From an uncultured Actinomycetota bacterium (GTDB lineage: Bacteria; Actinomycetota; Actinomycetes; JAHEKZ01), in NCBI GenBank assembly GCA_963718235.1, contig CAVQYR010000002.1, positions 384,001 through 448,000 on the forward strand: 64,000 nt of DNA, read 5' to 3'. Below are positions 19,480 through 29,009 of the stretch, one piece after another (position 1 is the first letter of the stretch; each line of letters opens with the position of its first letter). The translations under genes were made by a program, and so were the position numbers. Under the pieces are notes generated by a model. That model did no database searches. It was not told the DNA's origin and saw only the letters and a program-made list of their open reading frames with translations.

Positions 19480-20787
19480 ATGTCCAGCCCCGAGCCGCCC
19501 GACCCCCGCGGCATCGACGAACCGGCCCCCGACCGTGACGCGTGGTCGGCGCCGCCCGAGGCGTCGACGACGCCCTTTCCGGTCCGGACCGACGATCCGT
19601 TCGCCGCACCGTGGGCCACGTCCCCCGCGTCGCCGGCCGAGACGGTCGACAGCGTCGGACGCGCCCCGGGCTCGGGTCGTCCTGGCCGGAAAGGGCTCGG
19701 GACGTCGGCCACGCTCGTCCTGGTGGCGGTGGTCGGGGTGCTGGCGGGGCTGCTCGGCGGGGTGGTGGGCTACGTGGCAGCGGACCGTGCGGACAGCCGA
19801 CTGACCGACCCGGGCACCTCGCTGGGCCGGACGCCGGTCGAGAACCTCGCCCGTGACCGGGGGTCCGTGGCGGGCATCGCCGCAGCGGTCCTGCCCACGG
19901 TCGTCTCCATCTCGGCCACCGACGCGACCGGCTCCGGGGGCACGGGGTCCGGCTTCGTCGTCCGTGGCGACGGCTACCTGCTGACCAACAACCACGTGAT
20001 CGCCGCTGCGGCGCGGGGCGGCACGATCGAGGTCACGTTCAGCGACGGGACGTCGACCAGGGCCAAGATCGTGGGGCGTACCCCGACCTACGACCTGGCC
20101 GTGCTCCGGGTCAGGGTCAAGGACCTGCCCACCGCGACGCTGGGCAACTCCGACTCCCTGGTGGTCGGTGACCCGGTGGTCGCCGTCGGCTCCCCGCTGG
20201 GTCTGTCCGGGACCGTCACCACCGGCATCGTGAGCGCGCTGGACCGACCCGTCACGGCGGGAGACACCGCAGGCGACGTGTCCTACATCAGCGCCATCCA
20301 GACCGACGCGGCGATCAACCCCGGCAACTCCGGAGGCCCGCTGGTCGACGCCCGCGGGCGGGTGGTCGGCGTCAACAGTGCCATCGCCTCCCTGGGTACC
20401 GGAGGGCAGGCCGGGAGCATCGGGCTGGGGTTCGCGATCCCGATCAACCAGGCCCGTCGGATCGCCGAGGAGCTGATCGCCGACGGAACGGCTGAGTACC
20501 CGATCGTGGGAGTGAACCTCGACCTCACCTACCCGGGCCCCGGCGCACGGATCCTGCCGGCCCCGGTCGACGGTCGCGAGCCACTGGTCGCCGGGGGCCC
20601 GGCCGCACTGGCCGGACTGCGGCCGGGCGACGTGATCGTGGAGGTGGACGGGCAGCCGGTGGCCACCTACGAGGAGTTCGTGGTGGCGATCCGGACCTTC
20701 CTCCCCGGCGACGAGGTCACCTTGTCGGTGCGTCGCGACGGCGACACTCGTGACTTCACCGTGACCCTGCAGGCCTCGGAGGGCTGA
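19480..20787 (+). CDS. htrA: HtrA/DegP family serine protease with PDZ domain
   Basis: TM; GSGF, LTNNHV, DLAVL, IQTDAAINPGNSGGPL; C-terminal PDZ. Confidence 0.94.
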   Translation: MSSPEPPDPRGIDEPAPDRDAWSAPPEASTTPFPVRTDDPFAAPWATSPASPAETVDSVGRAPGSGRPGRKGLGTSATLVLVAVVGVLAGLLGGVVGYVAADRADSRLTDPGTSLGRTPVENLARDRGSVAGIAAAVLPTVVSISATDATGSGGTGSGFVVRGDGYLLTNNHVIAAAARGGTIEVTFSDGTSTRAKIVGRTPTYDLAVLRVRVKDLPTATLGNSDSLVVGDPVVAVGSPLGLSGTVTTGIVSALDRPVTAGDTAGDVSYISAIQTDAAINPGNSGGPLVDARGRVVGVNSAIASLGTGGQAGSIGLGFAIPINQARRIAEELIADGTAEYPIVGVNLDLTYPGPGARILPAPVDGREPLVAGGPAALAGLRPGDVIVEVDGQPVATYEEFVVAIRTFLPGDEVTLSVRRDGDTRDFTVTLQASEG

Positions 20788-20849
20788 GCGGCGGCGCCGA
20801 TGCGTACCCTGAGGGGTTCGACCGGGTTCGACGACAGATTGGGGCCGAC

Positions 20850-21269
20850 GTGTTCGACATCGGCTTCTTCGAGCTCGTCGCACTCGGCGTACTGGCCCTG
20901 CTCATCTTCGGCCCCGACAAGCTGCCGAAGGTGGCGGCCGACGCAGCGCGCATGCTTCGCGAGCTTCGGTCCATGGCCAGCGGCGCCAAGCGCGAGCTGA
21001 CCGACGCGCTCGGCCCCGAGGTCACCGAGCTGAAGGACCTCGGTGACCTGAACCCGCGTACCTTCGTCAAGAAGAACTTCCTCGACGTGCTCGACGACGA
21101 CGAGGACGTGACCTCGACCGGCAGCGATACGGGCGAGGGTGGCCCGACGAGCAGGCGCGGCCGAGGGCGGGCGCGCGGCCCGGCCGCCGAGGCCCAGCCG
21201 GGGGACACCCCGTCGTCGGAGGGTCCGGCACCGCGACCCACCACCGGCTACGACGCCGACACCACCTGA
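20850..21269 (+). CDS. tatB: Sec-independent translocase subunit TatB
   Basis: MFDIGFFELVALGVLALLIFGPDKLP...DLNPRTFV. Confidence 0.92.
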   Translation: MFDIGFFELVALGVLALLIFGPDKLPKVAADAARMLRELRSMASGAKRELTDALGPEVTELKDLGDLNPRTFVKKNFLDVLDDDEDVTSTGSDTGEGGPTSRRGRGRARGPAAEAQPGDTPSSEGPAPRPTTGYDADTT

Positions 21270-21277
21270 CCCGACGG

Positions 21278-22411
21278 TCAGCGTCCGGCCGGTGACAGCC
21301 CCAGGGACATGCCGAGCAGTCCGCGCTCGCGGCGGCCGAGGCGAAGGGCGATCCCGGTGAGCTCCGTCGACGCCGCGGCGGTCGGGTCGCTACGGACCAG
21401 AGGCATGCCGACGTCGCCGCCCTCGCGCAGCCGCACGTCGAGCGGCACCTGACCCAGGAGCGGCACCTGGGCGCCGGTAGCGCGGGTCAACGCCTCGGCC
21501 ACCTGCGCACCGCCACCGGAGCCGAAGACCTCGATGTGCTCCCCGCAGTGGGGGCACGGCAGGTACGCCATGTTCTCGATGACCCCCGCGATCGTCTGGT
21601 GGGTCTGCAACGAGATGGTGCCGGCGCGCTCGGCGACCTCCGCAGCGGCCTGCTGAGGGGTCGTGACGATCAGCAGCTCGGCGTTGGGCACCAGCTGGGC
21701 CACCGAGATCGCGATGTCGCCGGTGCCGGGGGGGAGGTCGAGCAGCAGCACGTCGAGATCGCCCCACCAGACGTCGGCCAAGAACTGCTGCAGGGCTCGA
21801 TGGAGCATCGGGCCGCGCCACACGACCGGGGTGTTGCCCGGTGTGAACATGCCGATCGAGATGACGCTGACCCCGTGCGCCTGCGGCGGCATCAGCATGC
21901 TGTCGACCTGGGTCGGGCGTCCCTCGACGCCGAGCATCCGCGGGATCGAGTGGCCGTAGATGTCGGCATCGACGACACCGACGTTCAGTCCGTCAGCCGC
22001 CATCGCCGCGGCGAGGTTCACCGTCACCGACGACTTGCCGACCCCGCCCTTGCCCGAGGCGACCGCGTAGACCCGGGTCAGCGACCCGGGGCGAGCGAAG
22101 GGGATCTCCCGTTCGCTCTGCCCACCACGCAGCGAGGCGGACAGCTGCTGGCGCTGCTCCTCGCTCATCACGTCGAGCTCGACGTCGACGCCGGTGACCC
22201 CTTCGACCGCGGTGACCGCAGTCGTGACGTCTCGGGTGATCCGGTCCCGCATCGGGCATCCGGCGACGGTGAGGAAGACCGCGACGGACACGCGTCCGTC
22301 GTCGCCGACCTGGACCGACTTCACCATGCCGAGCTCGGTGATCGGTTTGTGGATCTCGGGGTCCTCGACGGTGGCGAGGGCAGCCTGGACGGAGTCGGTG
22401 GTAGGGACCAT
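21278..22411 (-). CDS. mrp: Mrp/NBP35 family Fe-S cluster carrier ATPase
   Basis: DPEI..LTVAGCP, VASGKGGVGKSS, DADIYGHSIP, VVWRGPM, DLPPGTGD, ENM..CPHC. Confidence 0.95.
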   Translation of the reverse strand: MVPTTDSVQAALATVEDPEIHKPITELGMVKSVQVGDDGRVSVAVFLTVAGCPMRDRITRDVTTAVTAVEGVTGVDVELDVMSEEQRQQLSASLRGGQSEREIPFARPGSLTRVYAVASGKGGVGKSSVTVNLAAAMAADGLNVGVVDADIYGHSIPRMLGVEGRPTQVDSMLMPPQAHGVSVISIGMFTPGNTPVVWRGPMLHRALQQFLADVWWGDLDVLLLDLPPGTGDIAISVAQLVPNAELLIVTTPQQAAAEVAERAGTISLQTHQTIAGVIENMAYLPCPHCGEHIEVFGSGGGAQVAEALTRATGAQVPLLGQVPLDVRLREGGDVGMPLVRSDPTAAASTELTGIALRLGRRERGLLGMSLGLSPAGR

Positions 22412-22437
22412 CCCCCGATGCTACGAGGCCGATCGGC

Positions 22438-23235
22438 TCAGCGACGAAGCCGTAGGGCCAGCTGCGCGTGACGGGCGTCGAGTCGACCGGTCACGACGTG
22501 GAGGTCCTCTTGGCAGGCGTGCACGATGTCGTGGGCCTCGGCCAGGCGCTGCTGCAGGGCGAAGTCGCTGAAGAAGTCGGAGAACCAGAGGTCGAAGAGC
22601 CGCAGGTGGTCGTCGAGGTGATCCGACTGGTCCCCGGCGGCGGAGACGTCGTCCAGCTCGGCGGCGAGCACGTCCATGGCGGTCTGGGCCCTGGCGAGCT
22701 GCTGGGTGGCAGCATCGACCAGCCCGTTGGCGACCATCGACTGCATCACGTGACCGCACGGGCGACCGGCGGTGGCACCGGTGGTCGTGCTCACCAACGT
22801 CGCGGAGACTCCCGACAGCTCGCGGGCGGCGTCCGCGGCTGCCCGTTGGGCGGCCTCGACCAAGGTGACCTGGGTGGCGAGCAGGACGGTGGGGTCATCC
22901 GAGGGGGCGCGCTGCTCGGACTGTGCCTCCAGCACCCCGAGGCGGGCGCTGAGCGCCTTGGCGGCCCTCGCGTGCGTTCCCAGGTCGGCCCCGGCCGCGG
23001 CCACTGCGACGTCGTTGTCGACTCCGGGGCCGAGGGCGGCGGCCCCTGGCGGCCCGCTGCCCTCGTGGCTGCCCGTCTCGGTGAGCGCATCGAGCCGGTC
23101 GATCGCCCGGGCGGTGCGTTGCTCCTCCTGGTCCAGCTGACGCTGCAGGGCCGTGGCCCTTCGGGCGGCCGCCTGGGTGCTGGCCAGGGCGCGGACCGCT
23201 GCGGACAGCGGGTCGACCCCGAGGGGGACGGTCAT
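22438..23235 (-). CDS. Hypothetical coiled-coil protein
   Basis: Helical Ala/Gln-rich sequence with C-terminal FDLWFSDFFSD motif; GC3-biased codons; start uncertain. Confidence 0.6.
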   Translation of the reverse strand: MTVPLGVDPLSAAVRALASTQAAARRATALQRQLDQEEQRTARAIDRLDALTETGSHEGSGPPGAAALGPGVDNDVAVAAAGADLGTHARAAKALSARLGVLEAQSEQRAPSDDPTVLLATQVTLVEAAQRAAADAARELSGVSATLVSTTTGATAGRPCGHVMQSMVANGLVDAATQQLARAQTAMDVLAAELDDVSAAGDQSDHLDDHLRLFDLWFSDFFSDFALQQRLAEAHDIVHACQEDLHVVTGRLDARHAQLALRLRR

Positions 23236-23364
23236 CGCCGACCGTCGACCGCCAACTGCCGGTGCGCGGCTGGTGTCGGTGGGCGGCTGGTGTCGGTGGG
23301 CGACGGTTTCCCTCACCTCTGAGAGATCGGCGCGGACGGGCCCGACCTTCACTGAAGACCCGGC

Positions 23365-24096
23365 TCAGGTGACCAGTCGCCCGGCGACGAAGGTCAACGA
23401 CCCGATGGCCGCAGCGGCCACGACCAGCGCTGTGTCGGAGCCGGCCCAGGGGCTGGCGCCCGCGGCCCCACGCTGTGCCGAGTCGAACCCGCGCGCGTCC
23501 AGGGCGGTGGCGACCCGGGTGGCCCGGCGCACCGCCGAGACCAGCAGGGCGACCGTGCGCCGCGACCACCGACGGACCAGACCGCCCGGGCCTCGACCGG
23601 TCAGACCGCGGGCTCGTTCGGCCCGGGCGAGGACGTGCCACTCCTGGGCCAGACCCGGCGTGAGCCGCACCGCAGCGAGCACTCCGTAGGCGAAGCGGAC
23701 CGGGACGCCCAGCTGGTGCACCAGCGAGTCGGCGAGGTCGACCGGGTCGATCGTCAGGAACGCCAGGACGCCGGGAAGGACCAGGGCGGCGACCCGCAGC
23801 CCGGCCAGCCCGGCTCGCCCCCACGACCCGTCTCCGGCCAGCGCGTTGGCGACCACGGCCGAGCCGGCGACGAACGCGACGACGCCGAGGGTGCGACCGA
23901 CCGTGCGCCAGGGCAGGCCGAGCACCGGGAGCAGGGCCAGGGAGACGACGAGGGTCAGGCCGGCGGTGACGGCGTCCAGCACGAACAGGTTGGGCAGTGA
24001 GACCAGGGCCGAGCCGCCGATTCGGGCCAACGGGTTGCTCCGGGTGAACCAGTGGGTCGCCTCACGTCGGGGGGAGGCGACGGCGTCCAGGGTCAT
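23365..24096 (-). CDS. ECF transporter transmembrane T component (YkoC-like)
   Basis: NPLAR..., DLADSL, ARAERARG and ALDARGF Arg motifs. Confidence 0.9.
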   Translation of the reverse strand: MTLDAVASPRREATHWFTRSNPLARIGGSALVSLPNLFVLDAVTAGLTLVVSLALLPVLGLPWRTVGRTLGVVAFVAGSAVVANALAGDGSWGRAGLAGLRVAALVLPGVLAFLTIDPVDLADSLVHQLGVPVRFAYGVLAAVRLTPGLAQEWHVLARAERARGLTGRGPGGLVRRWSRRTVALLVSAVRRATRVATALDARGFDSAQRGAAGASPWAGSDTALVVAAAAIGSLTFVAGRLVT

Positions 24097-25553
24097 CGCG
24101 GCGCCTCGACCCGGCGTCCGGCGTGGAGTCGCACCCGGGCGTCAGCCAGGGCCGCGACGAACGGCTCGTCGTGGGTGGCGAACAGCAGGCTGTGGCCGTC
24201 GTCGCGCAGCCCGCCCAGCAGGTCGACCAGCTCGAGCCAGGTGCGTGGGTCCTGGCCGAAGGTGGGCTCGTCGAGCACGAGCAGCCGTGGTCGCACGGCC
24301 AGGGCCGCGGCCACGGACAGCCGTCGCTGCTGGCCTCCGGACAAGGTGAAGGGGTTGGCTGCGCAGACACCGGTCAGGTGAGTGCGCTGGAGGAGCTCCT
24401 CGACGATCCGGGAGACCTCGGCCGAGTGGACGCCGAGGGCCTGCGGACCGGCGGCGAGCTCGGCGGCTACGGTGCGCCTCACGAACGCGTGCTCGGGGTT
24501 CTGGAAGACCGAGCCGACCCGGGCGGCCAGGACCGTCGACGACCAGCGGTGCGGTCGGGACTGCGCGACCCCGCGACGCAGCGGCTCGGTGGCCGTGACC
24601 TCGCCTCCACCCGGACCGACGAGCCCGCCGACCAGCAGGGCCAGGCTGGACTTGCCCGAGCCGTTCGGCCCGGTCAGGGCGGTCGCGCGGCTGGCTTCCA
24701 GGGTCAGGCTGACGTCACTGACCGCGTCGACCTTCGACCCGGCGTGGCGCAGCGACACCGCCTTCGCGTGGAGCAGCGGGACTCCCGCCCTCCGTGGGCG
24801 GTGCCCCCCACCTGCGTGGGCAGGCAGCCAGACCCCCTGCTCCTCCAGCGACCGGTCGGCCAGGACCCGGTCTGGCGGACCGTCGGCGACCACGCCCTCC
24901 GGACCCACGACCACGACCCGGTCCACCAGTGGCAGCCAGTCGGTCACCCGGTGCTCGACCACGATCATCGTCGTCGAGGTCTCGCGCGCGATCCGACTGA
25001 CCGACGAGCGGACCAGCTCGGCGCCCGCGGGGTCGAGCATCGAGGTGGGCTCGTCCAGGAGCATGACGGCCGGCTGGTGGGCCAGCACACCGGCCAGGGC
25101 CACGCGCTGCCGTTCGCCGCCGGACAGGGTCTGCACCCGGCGGGCGCCGCCGTGGGTGGTGGGGGAGAGCCCGACGGTCCGCAGCGCGTCGTCGGCCCGG
25201 CTGGCCGCCGCGGCCGGTGGGACGCCGCGCATCCGCAGTCCGAAGGCCACGTCGTCGTCGACCCGGGACAGCACGAGGTGGGCCTCGGGGTCCTGCAGCA
25301 GCAGACCGACCGCGGGGTTGCCCCGCGCGGCGGCCCGGCCTCCGACCCGCACCTCGCCGAGGGTGTCGCCGCCGTCGTCCAGCAGGCCCGCGACAGCGCG
25401 CAGGAGAGTGGACTTCCCGGCCCCGGAGGCGCCCAGCAGCAGCACGTGCTCGCCCTCGCCCACGGTGAGGTCCAGGTCGCGCAGCGCCCACGCCTTGCGG
25501 CCAGGAGGCCGGTAGCCGAAGCCGCGCAGCTCGATGCAGGCCGCAGCCGTCAC
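24093..25553 (-). CDS. ECF transporter duplicated ABC ATPase (YkoD-like)
   Basis: Two NBDs: GASGAGKS/LSGGERQR/LLDEPT and GPNGSGKS/LSGGQQRR/LDEPTFGQD; GTGA overlap with the S component. Confidence 0.93.
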   Translation of the reverse strand: MTAAACIELRGFGYRPPGRKAWALRDLDLTVGEGEHVLLLGASGAGKSTLLRAVAGLLDDGGDTLGEVRVGGRAAARGNPAVGLLLQDPEAHLVLSRVDDDVAFGLRMRGVPPAAAASRADDALRTVGLSPTTHGGARRVQTLSGGERQRVALAGVLAHQPAVMLLDEPTSMLDPAGAELVRSSVSRIARETSTTMIVVEHRVTDWLPLVDRVVVVGPEGVVADGPPDRVLADRSLEEQGVWLPAHAGGGHRPRRAGVPLLHAKAVSLRHAGSKVDAVSDVSLTLEASRATALTGPNGSGKSSLALLVGGLVGPGGGEVTATEPLRRGVAQSRPHRWSSTVLAARVGSVFQNPEHAFVRRTVAAELAAGPQALGVHSAEVSRIVEELLQRTHLTGVCAANPFTLSGGQQRRLSVAAALAVRPRLLVLDEPTFGQDPRTWLELVDLLGGLRDDGHSLLFATHDEPFVAALADARVRLHAGRRVEAPR

Positions 25554-26188
25554 ACCCGGGCCTGGTCCCGTCCGGCCGGGAACGAGCTCAGGACGCCGGT
25601 GCCCGCCAGCGTGCGGGCCAGCCACCAGCTGCCGAGACCGGCCACCACGGCGCCGCTGAGACAGACCGTGGCGATGTACAGCGCCTTCCAGCCGCTGGTC
25701 CAGGTGGGGTAGTAGCCGATCAGGTCCATCGTCGCGGCGGCGAGCCCGGTGGCAGCGGCGGCGGCGACCGCAATGGCCGGCCCGAACCGCCGGTAGCGGC
25801 CCAGTGCAAACACGGCCTCGGGGGCGAGACCCTGGGCGACGCCGTACACAAGCGCAGTGGTCCCCCAGCTCGAGCCGAGGAGGGCGGACACCAGCGCGGC
25901 GGTGAAGGCGGCGAGGAAGGCCGCGCCCGGGCGCCGCACGACCAGGCCGGCCAGGACGCCGGGGACGAACCACACGCCGTACAGCAGGCCCTGGACGGGC
26001 GGAAGGACGGCGAACGCTGCGGCGGTCCCGTTCCACAGCAGGCCCCACGCCCAGAAGACGATCCCGAAGGCGACCCCGAGCGTCGCCGTGACGACGATGT
26101 CGACCGTGCGCCAACGACCGTCGGCACGCCGGTGGTCGCGGTCGGTGTTGGCGTCTGTGCTCTTGTCGGTGAGCGGTGAACGGCTCAT
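25550..26188 (-). CDS. ECF transporter S component (YkoE, thiamine/HMP precursor)
   Basis: WRTVDIVV..., VVRRPGAA, QGLAPE, LAGTGVLSSF; lies directly after a TPP riboswitch. Confidence 0.9.
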   Translation of the reverse strand: MSRSPLTDKSTDANTDRDHRRADGRWRTVDIVVTATLGVAFGIVFWAWGLLWNGTAAAFAVLPPVQGLLYGVWFVPGVLAGLVVRRPGAAFLAAFTAALVSALLGSSWGTTALVYGVAQGLAPEAVFALGRYRRFGPAIAVAAAAATGLAAATMDLIGYYPTWTSGWKALYIATVCLSGAVVAGLGSWWLARTLAGTGVLSSFPAGRDQARV

Positions 26189-26189
26189 G

Positions 26190-26277
26190 TCGACTCCCTT
26201 CGCCGGCATGACCCGGATCAGGTTCGAGGGTCTGCGGACGGATCCGCACTCTCAGCGCCGAGGCGCTCCCCTGTCGC
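26190..26277 (-). ncRNA. TPP riboswitch
   Basis: Minus strand reads CGACAGGGGAGC...GCTGAGAG...GACCCTCGAACCTGATCCGGGTCATGCCGGCGAAGGGAGTCG; the 3' end carries the SD of the S component; -10 TAGGGT at 26298-26303. Confidence 0.95.
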
Positions 26278-26316
26278 GTATGGAGGTTTGCTCGACGACC
26301 CTACCCCGAGCGGGGT

Positions 26317-26805
26317 TCAGCCGGCGTTCTCGCGCCGCTCGTCGAGCTCGTCGAGCAGCTCGCGCAGCTGGTCGCGCACGAAGTCACGCGTGGCGGTCTC
26401 GCCGACGGCGTGGCGCAGGGCGGCGACCTCACGGGTGAGGAAGTCCTCGTCGGCCAGGATCCGGTCGATCCGGGCCCGGTCCTCCAGGTACTGCACCCGG
26501 TCGCGGTCCGCCTGCCGGTTCTGGGCCAGCAGGATCAGGGGCGCTGCGTAGGAGGCCTGCAAGGACAGCATCAAGGTGAGTCCGATGAACGGCCAGGGGT
26601 CGAACTGCAGGTCCTCCGGCGCCGTCACGTTCCACAGCACCCACGACAGGACGAAGACGGTCATGAGCCCGATGAACCGCCACGAGCCGATGAACCGGCT
26701 GATCCGCTCGCTCACCTTGCCGAGGTCCTCGCGGTCGTAGGGACTACGAAGCCGGCGTGGTCCGGTCGGCTGGTCGAGGCGCGGACGCCGGGTCTCACGA
26801 GTCAC
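26317..26805 (-). CDS. DUF1003 domain membrane protein
   Basis: RFIGSWRF...FDPWPFIGLTLMLSLQASYAAPLILLAQNRQ. Confidence 0.92.
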   Translation of the reverse strand: MTRETRRPRLDQPTGPRRLRSPYDREDLGKVSERISRFIGSWRFIGLMTVFVLSWVLWNVTAPEDLQFDPWPFIGLTLMLSLQASYAAPLILLAQNRQADRDRVQYLEDRARIDRILADEDFLTREVAALRHAVGETATRDFVRDQLRELLDELDERRENAG

Positions 26806-28069
26806 CGGGCACCTCCCCGACGTGCGGCTCGTCGAACTCCTGCGAGCGCCAGTCGTCGGGCAGCATGTGGTCGATCACGTCGTCCACGGTGACCGCGCCG
26901 AGGAGGTGGTCGTCGTCGTCGACCACGGGGATCGCGACGAGGTTGTACGTCGCCAGGACGTTGGTGACCTGTTGCAGCGACGCGTCCGGGCCCAGCGGGT
27001 CGAGCTCGGAGTCGACCACCTCCGACACCAGCGACGCCGGCATCTCCCTGAGGAGCCGCTGGAAGTGGGCCGAGCCGAGGTACCGACCGGTGGGGGTCTC
27101 CAGCGGTGGCCGGCAGACGTACACCTGGGCGGCGAGGGCCGGTGAGAGGTCGCTGTTGCGCACGTGCGCCAGCGCCTCGGCCACGGTGGCGTCCGGGGCG
27201 AGGATGACCGGCTCGGTCGTCATCATTCCGCCGGCGGTGTACTCGTCGTAGCTGAGCAGCCGACGAACGTCGTCGGCCTCGTCGGGCTCCATCAGGTCGA
27301 GCAGTCGGGCCCGGGTCTCCTCGGGCAGGTCGCCGAGCACGTCGGCGGCATCGTCCGGTCCCATCGCCTCGAGCACGTCGGCCGCCCGCTCGAGGTCGAG
27401 CATGCTGAGGATCTCGATCGACTCCTCCTCGGTCATCTCCTCGAGCACATCGGCCAGCCGGTCGTCGTCGAGGGCCGCGGCGACGTCGGACCGGCGTTTG
27501 GGCGACAGGTCACCGAGCACCTGGGCCAGGTCGGCCGGACGCAGCTTCTCCAAGGTGGCCAGCAGGGTCTCCGTGCTCTGGCCGTCCTGGTCGACGCTGA
27601 ACCCGGTGACGTCGCCAGCATCGACCATGAACTGCTGACCGCGCCGGCGCAGGCGGCGGCCGCGTCGCTGGACGTAGACCTTGGCGACCTCCCAGTCGCG
27701 GGTGCGCTGCTGCTCCATCGCGACGTCCACTGCGGTCACCTCGTCGCCCGAGTCGCGCAGGCTGACCCGGGCGTCGAGCAGCTGCCCGAGGACGACGACC
27801 TCTCCGGGGCGCTGCTCGAAGCGCCGGAGGTTGACCACGCCACTGACCACGACCCGACCGGGCTCGATCGTGGTGACCCGGGTCATTGGCACGAAGATGC
27901 GTCGCCGGGGGGCCACCTCGACCACCAGCCCGATCACCCGGGGGTGCTTGGGTGCGGTTCGCAGGGTCACGACGACGTCGCGGATCCGGCCGACCTGGTC
28001 GCCGTGGGGGTCGAAGACGGCAATCCCGGACAGCCGCCTGATGAACACCCGAGTGGTCGCGCCGGTCAC
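26795..28069 (-). CDS. MgtE intracellular (N-terminal + CBS) domain protein with PRC barrels
   Basis: VFDPHGDQVGR, RPADLA, DDAADVL, TAGGMMTTEP, GAVTVDDVIDH. Confidence 0.9.
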   Translation of the reverse strand: MTGATTRVFIRRLSGIAVFDPHGDQVGRIRDVVVTLRTAPKHPRVIGLVVEVAPRRRIFVPMTRVTTIEPGRVVVSGVVNLRRFEQRPGEVVVLGQLLDARVSLRDSGDEVTAVDVAMEQQRTRDWEVAKVYVQRRGRRLRRRGQQFMVDAGDVTGFSVDQDGQSTETLLATLEKLRPADLAQVLGDLSPKRRSDVAAALDDDRLADVLEEMTEEESIEILSMLDLERAADVLEAMGPDDAADVLGDLPEETRARLLDLMEPDEADDVRRLLSYDEYTAGGMMTTEPVILAPDATVAEALAHVRNSDLSPALAAQVYVCRPPLETPTGRYLGSAHFQRLLREMPASLVSEVVDSELDPLGPDASLQQVTNVLATYNLVAIPVVDDDDHLLGAVTVDDVIDHMLPDDWRSQEFDEPHVGEVPGDS

Positions 28070-28106
28070 ACGTGGAGGCTACCGGCTGCTGGTTAGCATG
28101 CCCCGT

Positions 28107-28998
28107 ATGCCGAGCCAGGGGACGTTGGACTTCCACATCGTCGACGTGTTCGGTGCGACCCCGTTCACCGGAAACCCCCTCGCCGTGGTTCTGGGCGGGG
28201 AGCGCCTGTCGACCGCACAGATGCAGCGGATCGCCACGTGAGCTCAACCTGTCCGAGACGACGTTCCCCCTGTTCGGCGGGGACGAGTGCCGAGCAGCCG
28301 GCGCCGACTACCGCCTGCGGATCTTCACTCCGGAGGTGGAGGTGCCGTTCGCCGGCCACCCGTCGATCGGCACGGCCTGGCTGCTCCGAGAAGAGGGCCT
28401 CGTCGAGGCAGACGACGGGCGGTTCGTCCAGCTCTGCGGGGCCGGTGCGCTGCCCGTACGGTTCGACGGCTCGAGGCTCACCCTCACCGGTGGGTCGCCG
28501 ACCTGGAGCGATGCGGTCGACCCTGGCCTGGTGCTCGCCGCAGCTGGTCTCGAAGCCGACGCGTCGGTCGGGCCGGCTCTGGTGTGCGGCACGGGCCTGC
28601 CGTTCGCGATCCAACCGGTCCGTGACGAGGCGCTCGCCCGAAGCGCCGCCGACCTGTCGGTGCTGCGCAGCCGCGACTTCCTGGCCCTGGGCACCGACGG
28701 GGTCTACGTCGTGACGTGGAGCGACCTTCGACGACCCGTCCGGGCGCGCATGTTCGCCGGAGACGTCATCGAGGATGCGGCGACCGGGTCGGCCGCTCTC
28801 GGGCTCGGCGTCTACCTCGCCGTGACCGGCGCCCTGCCCGACGGCGGGGGGTTCTCGGTGCTGCAGGGCGTCGAGATGGGTCGGCCGTCACACCTCTCCG
28901 TGCACGTCCAGGCAGCCGGCGGAGTCCCCACGTCGTTGACGGTCACCGGCTCAGTGGTGGCAGTGGCGCGCGGGCGGATGGTCGTGCCCCCGGACTGA
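28107..28998 (+). pseudogene. PhzF family epimerase/isomerase with a +1 frameshift near 28236-28239
   Basis: N-terminal VDVF...GNPLAVV...MQRIA ends at TGA 28239-28241; ELNLSETTF...RIFTP.VEVPFAGHP...EDAATGSA...QGVEMGRPS continues in the next frame. Confidence 0.8.
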
Positions 28999-29009
28999 CC
29001 TCCGTGCGG

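Noticed and set aside
24093-26249. 718-aa extended ABC ATPase
   Set aside because: The extension overlaps the S-component gene and the riboswitch; the true start is GTG 25553
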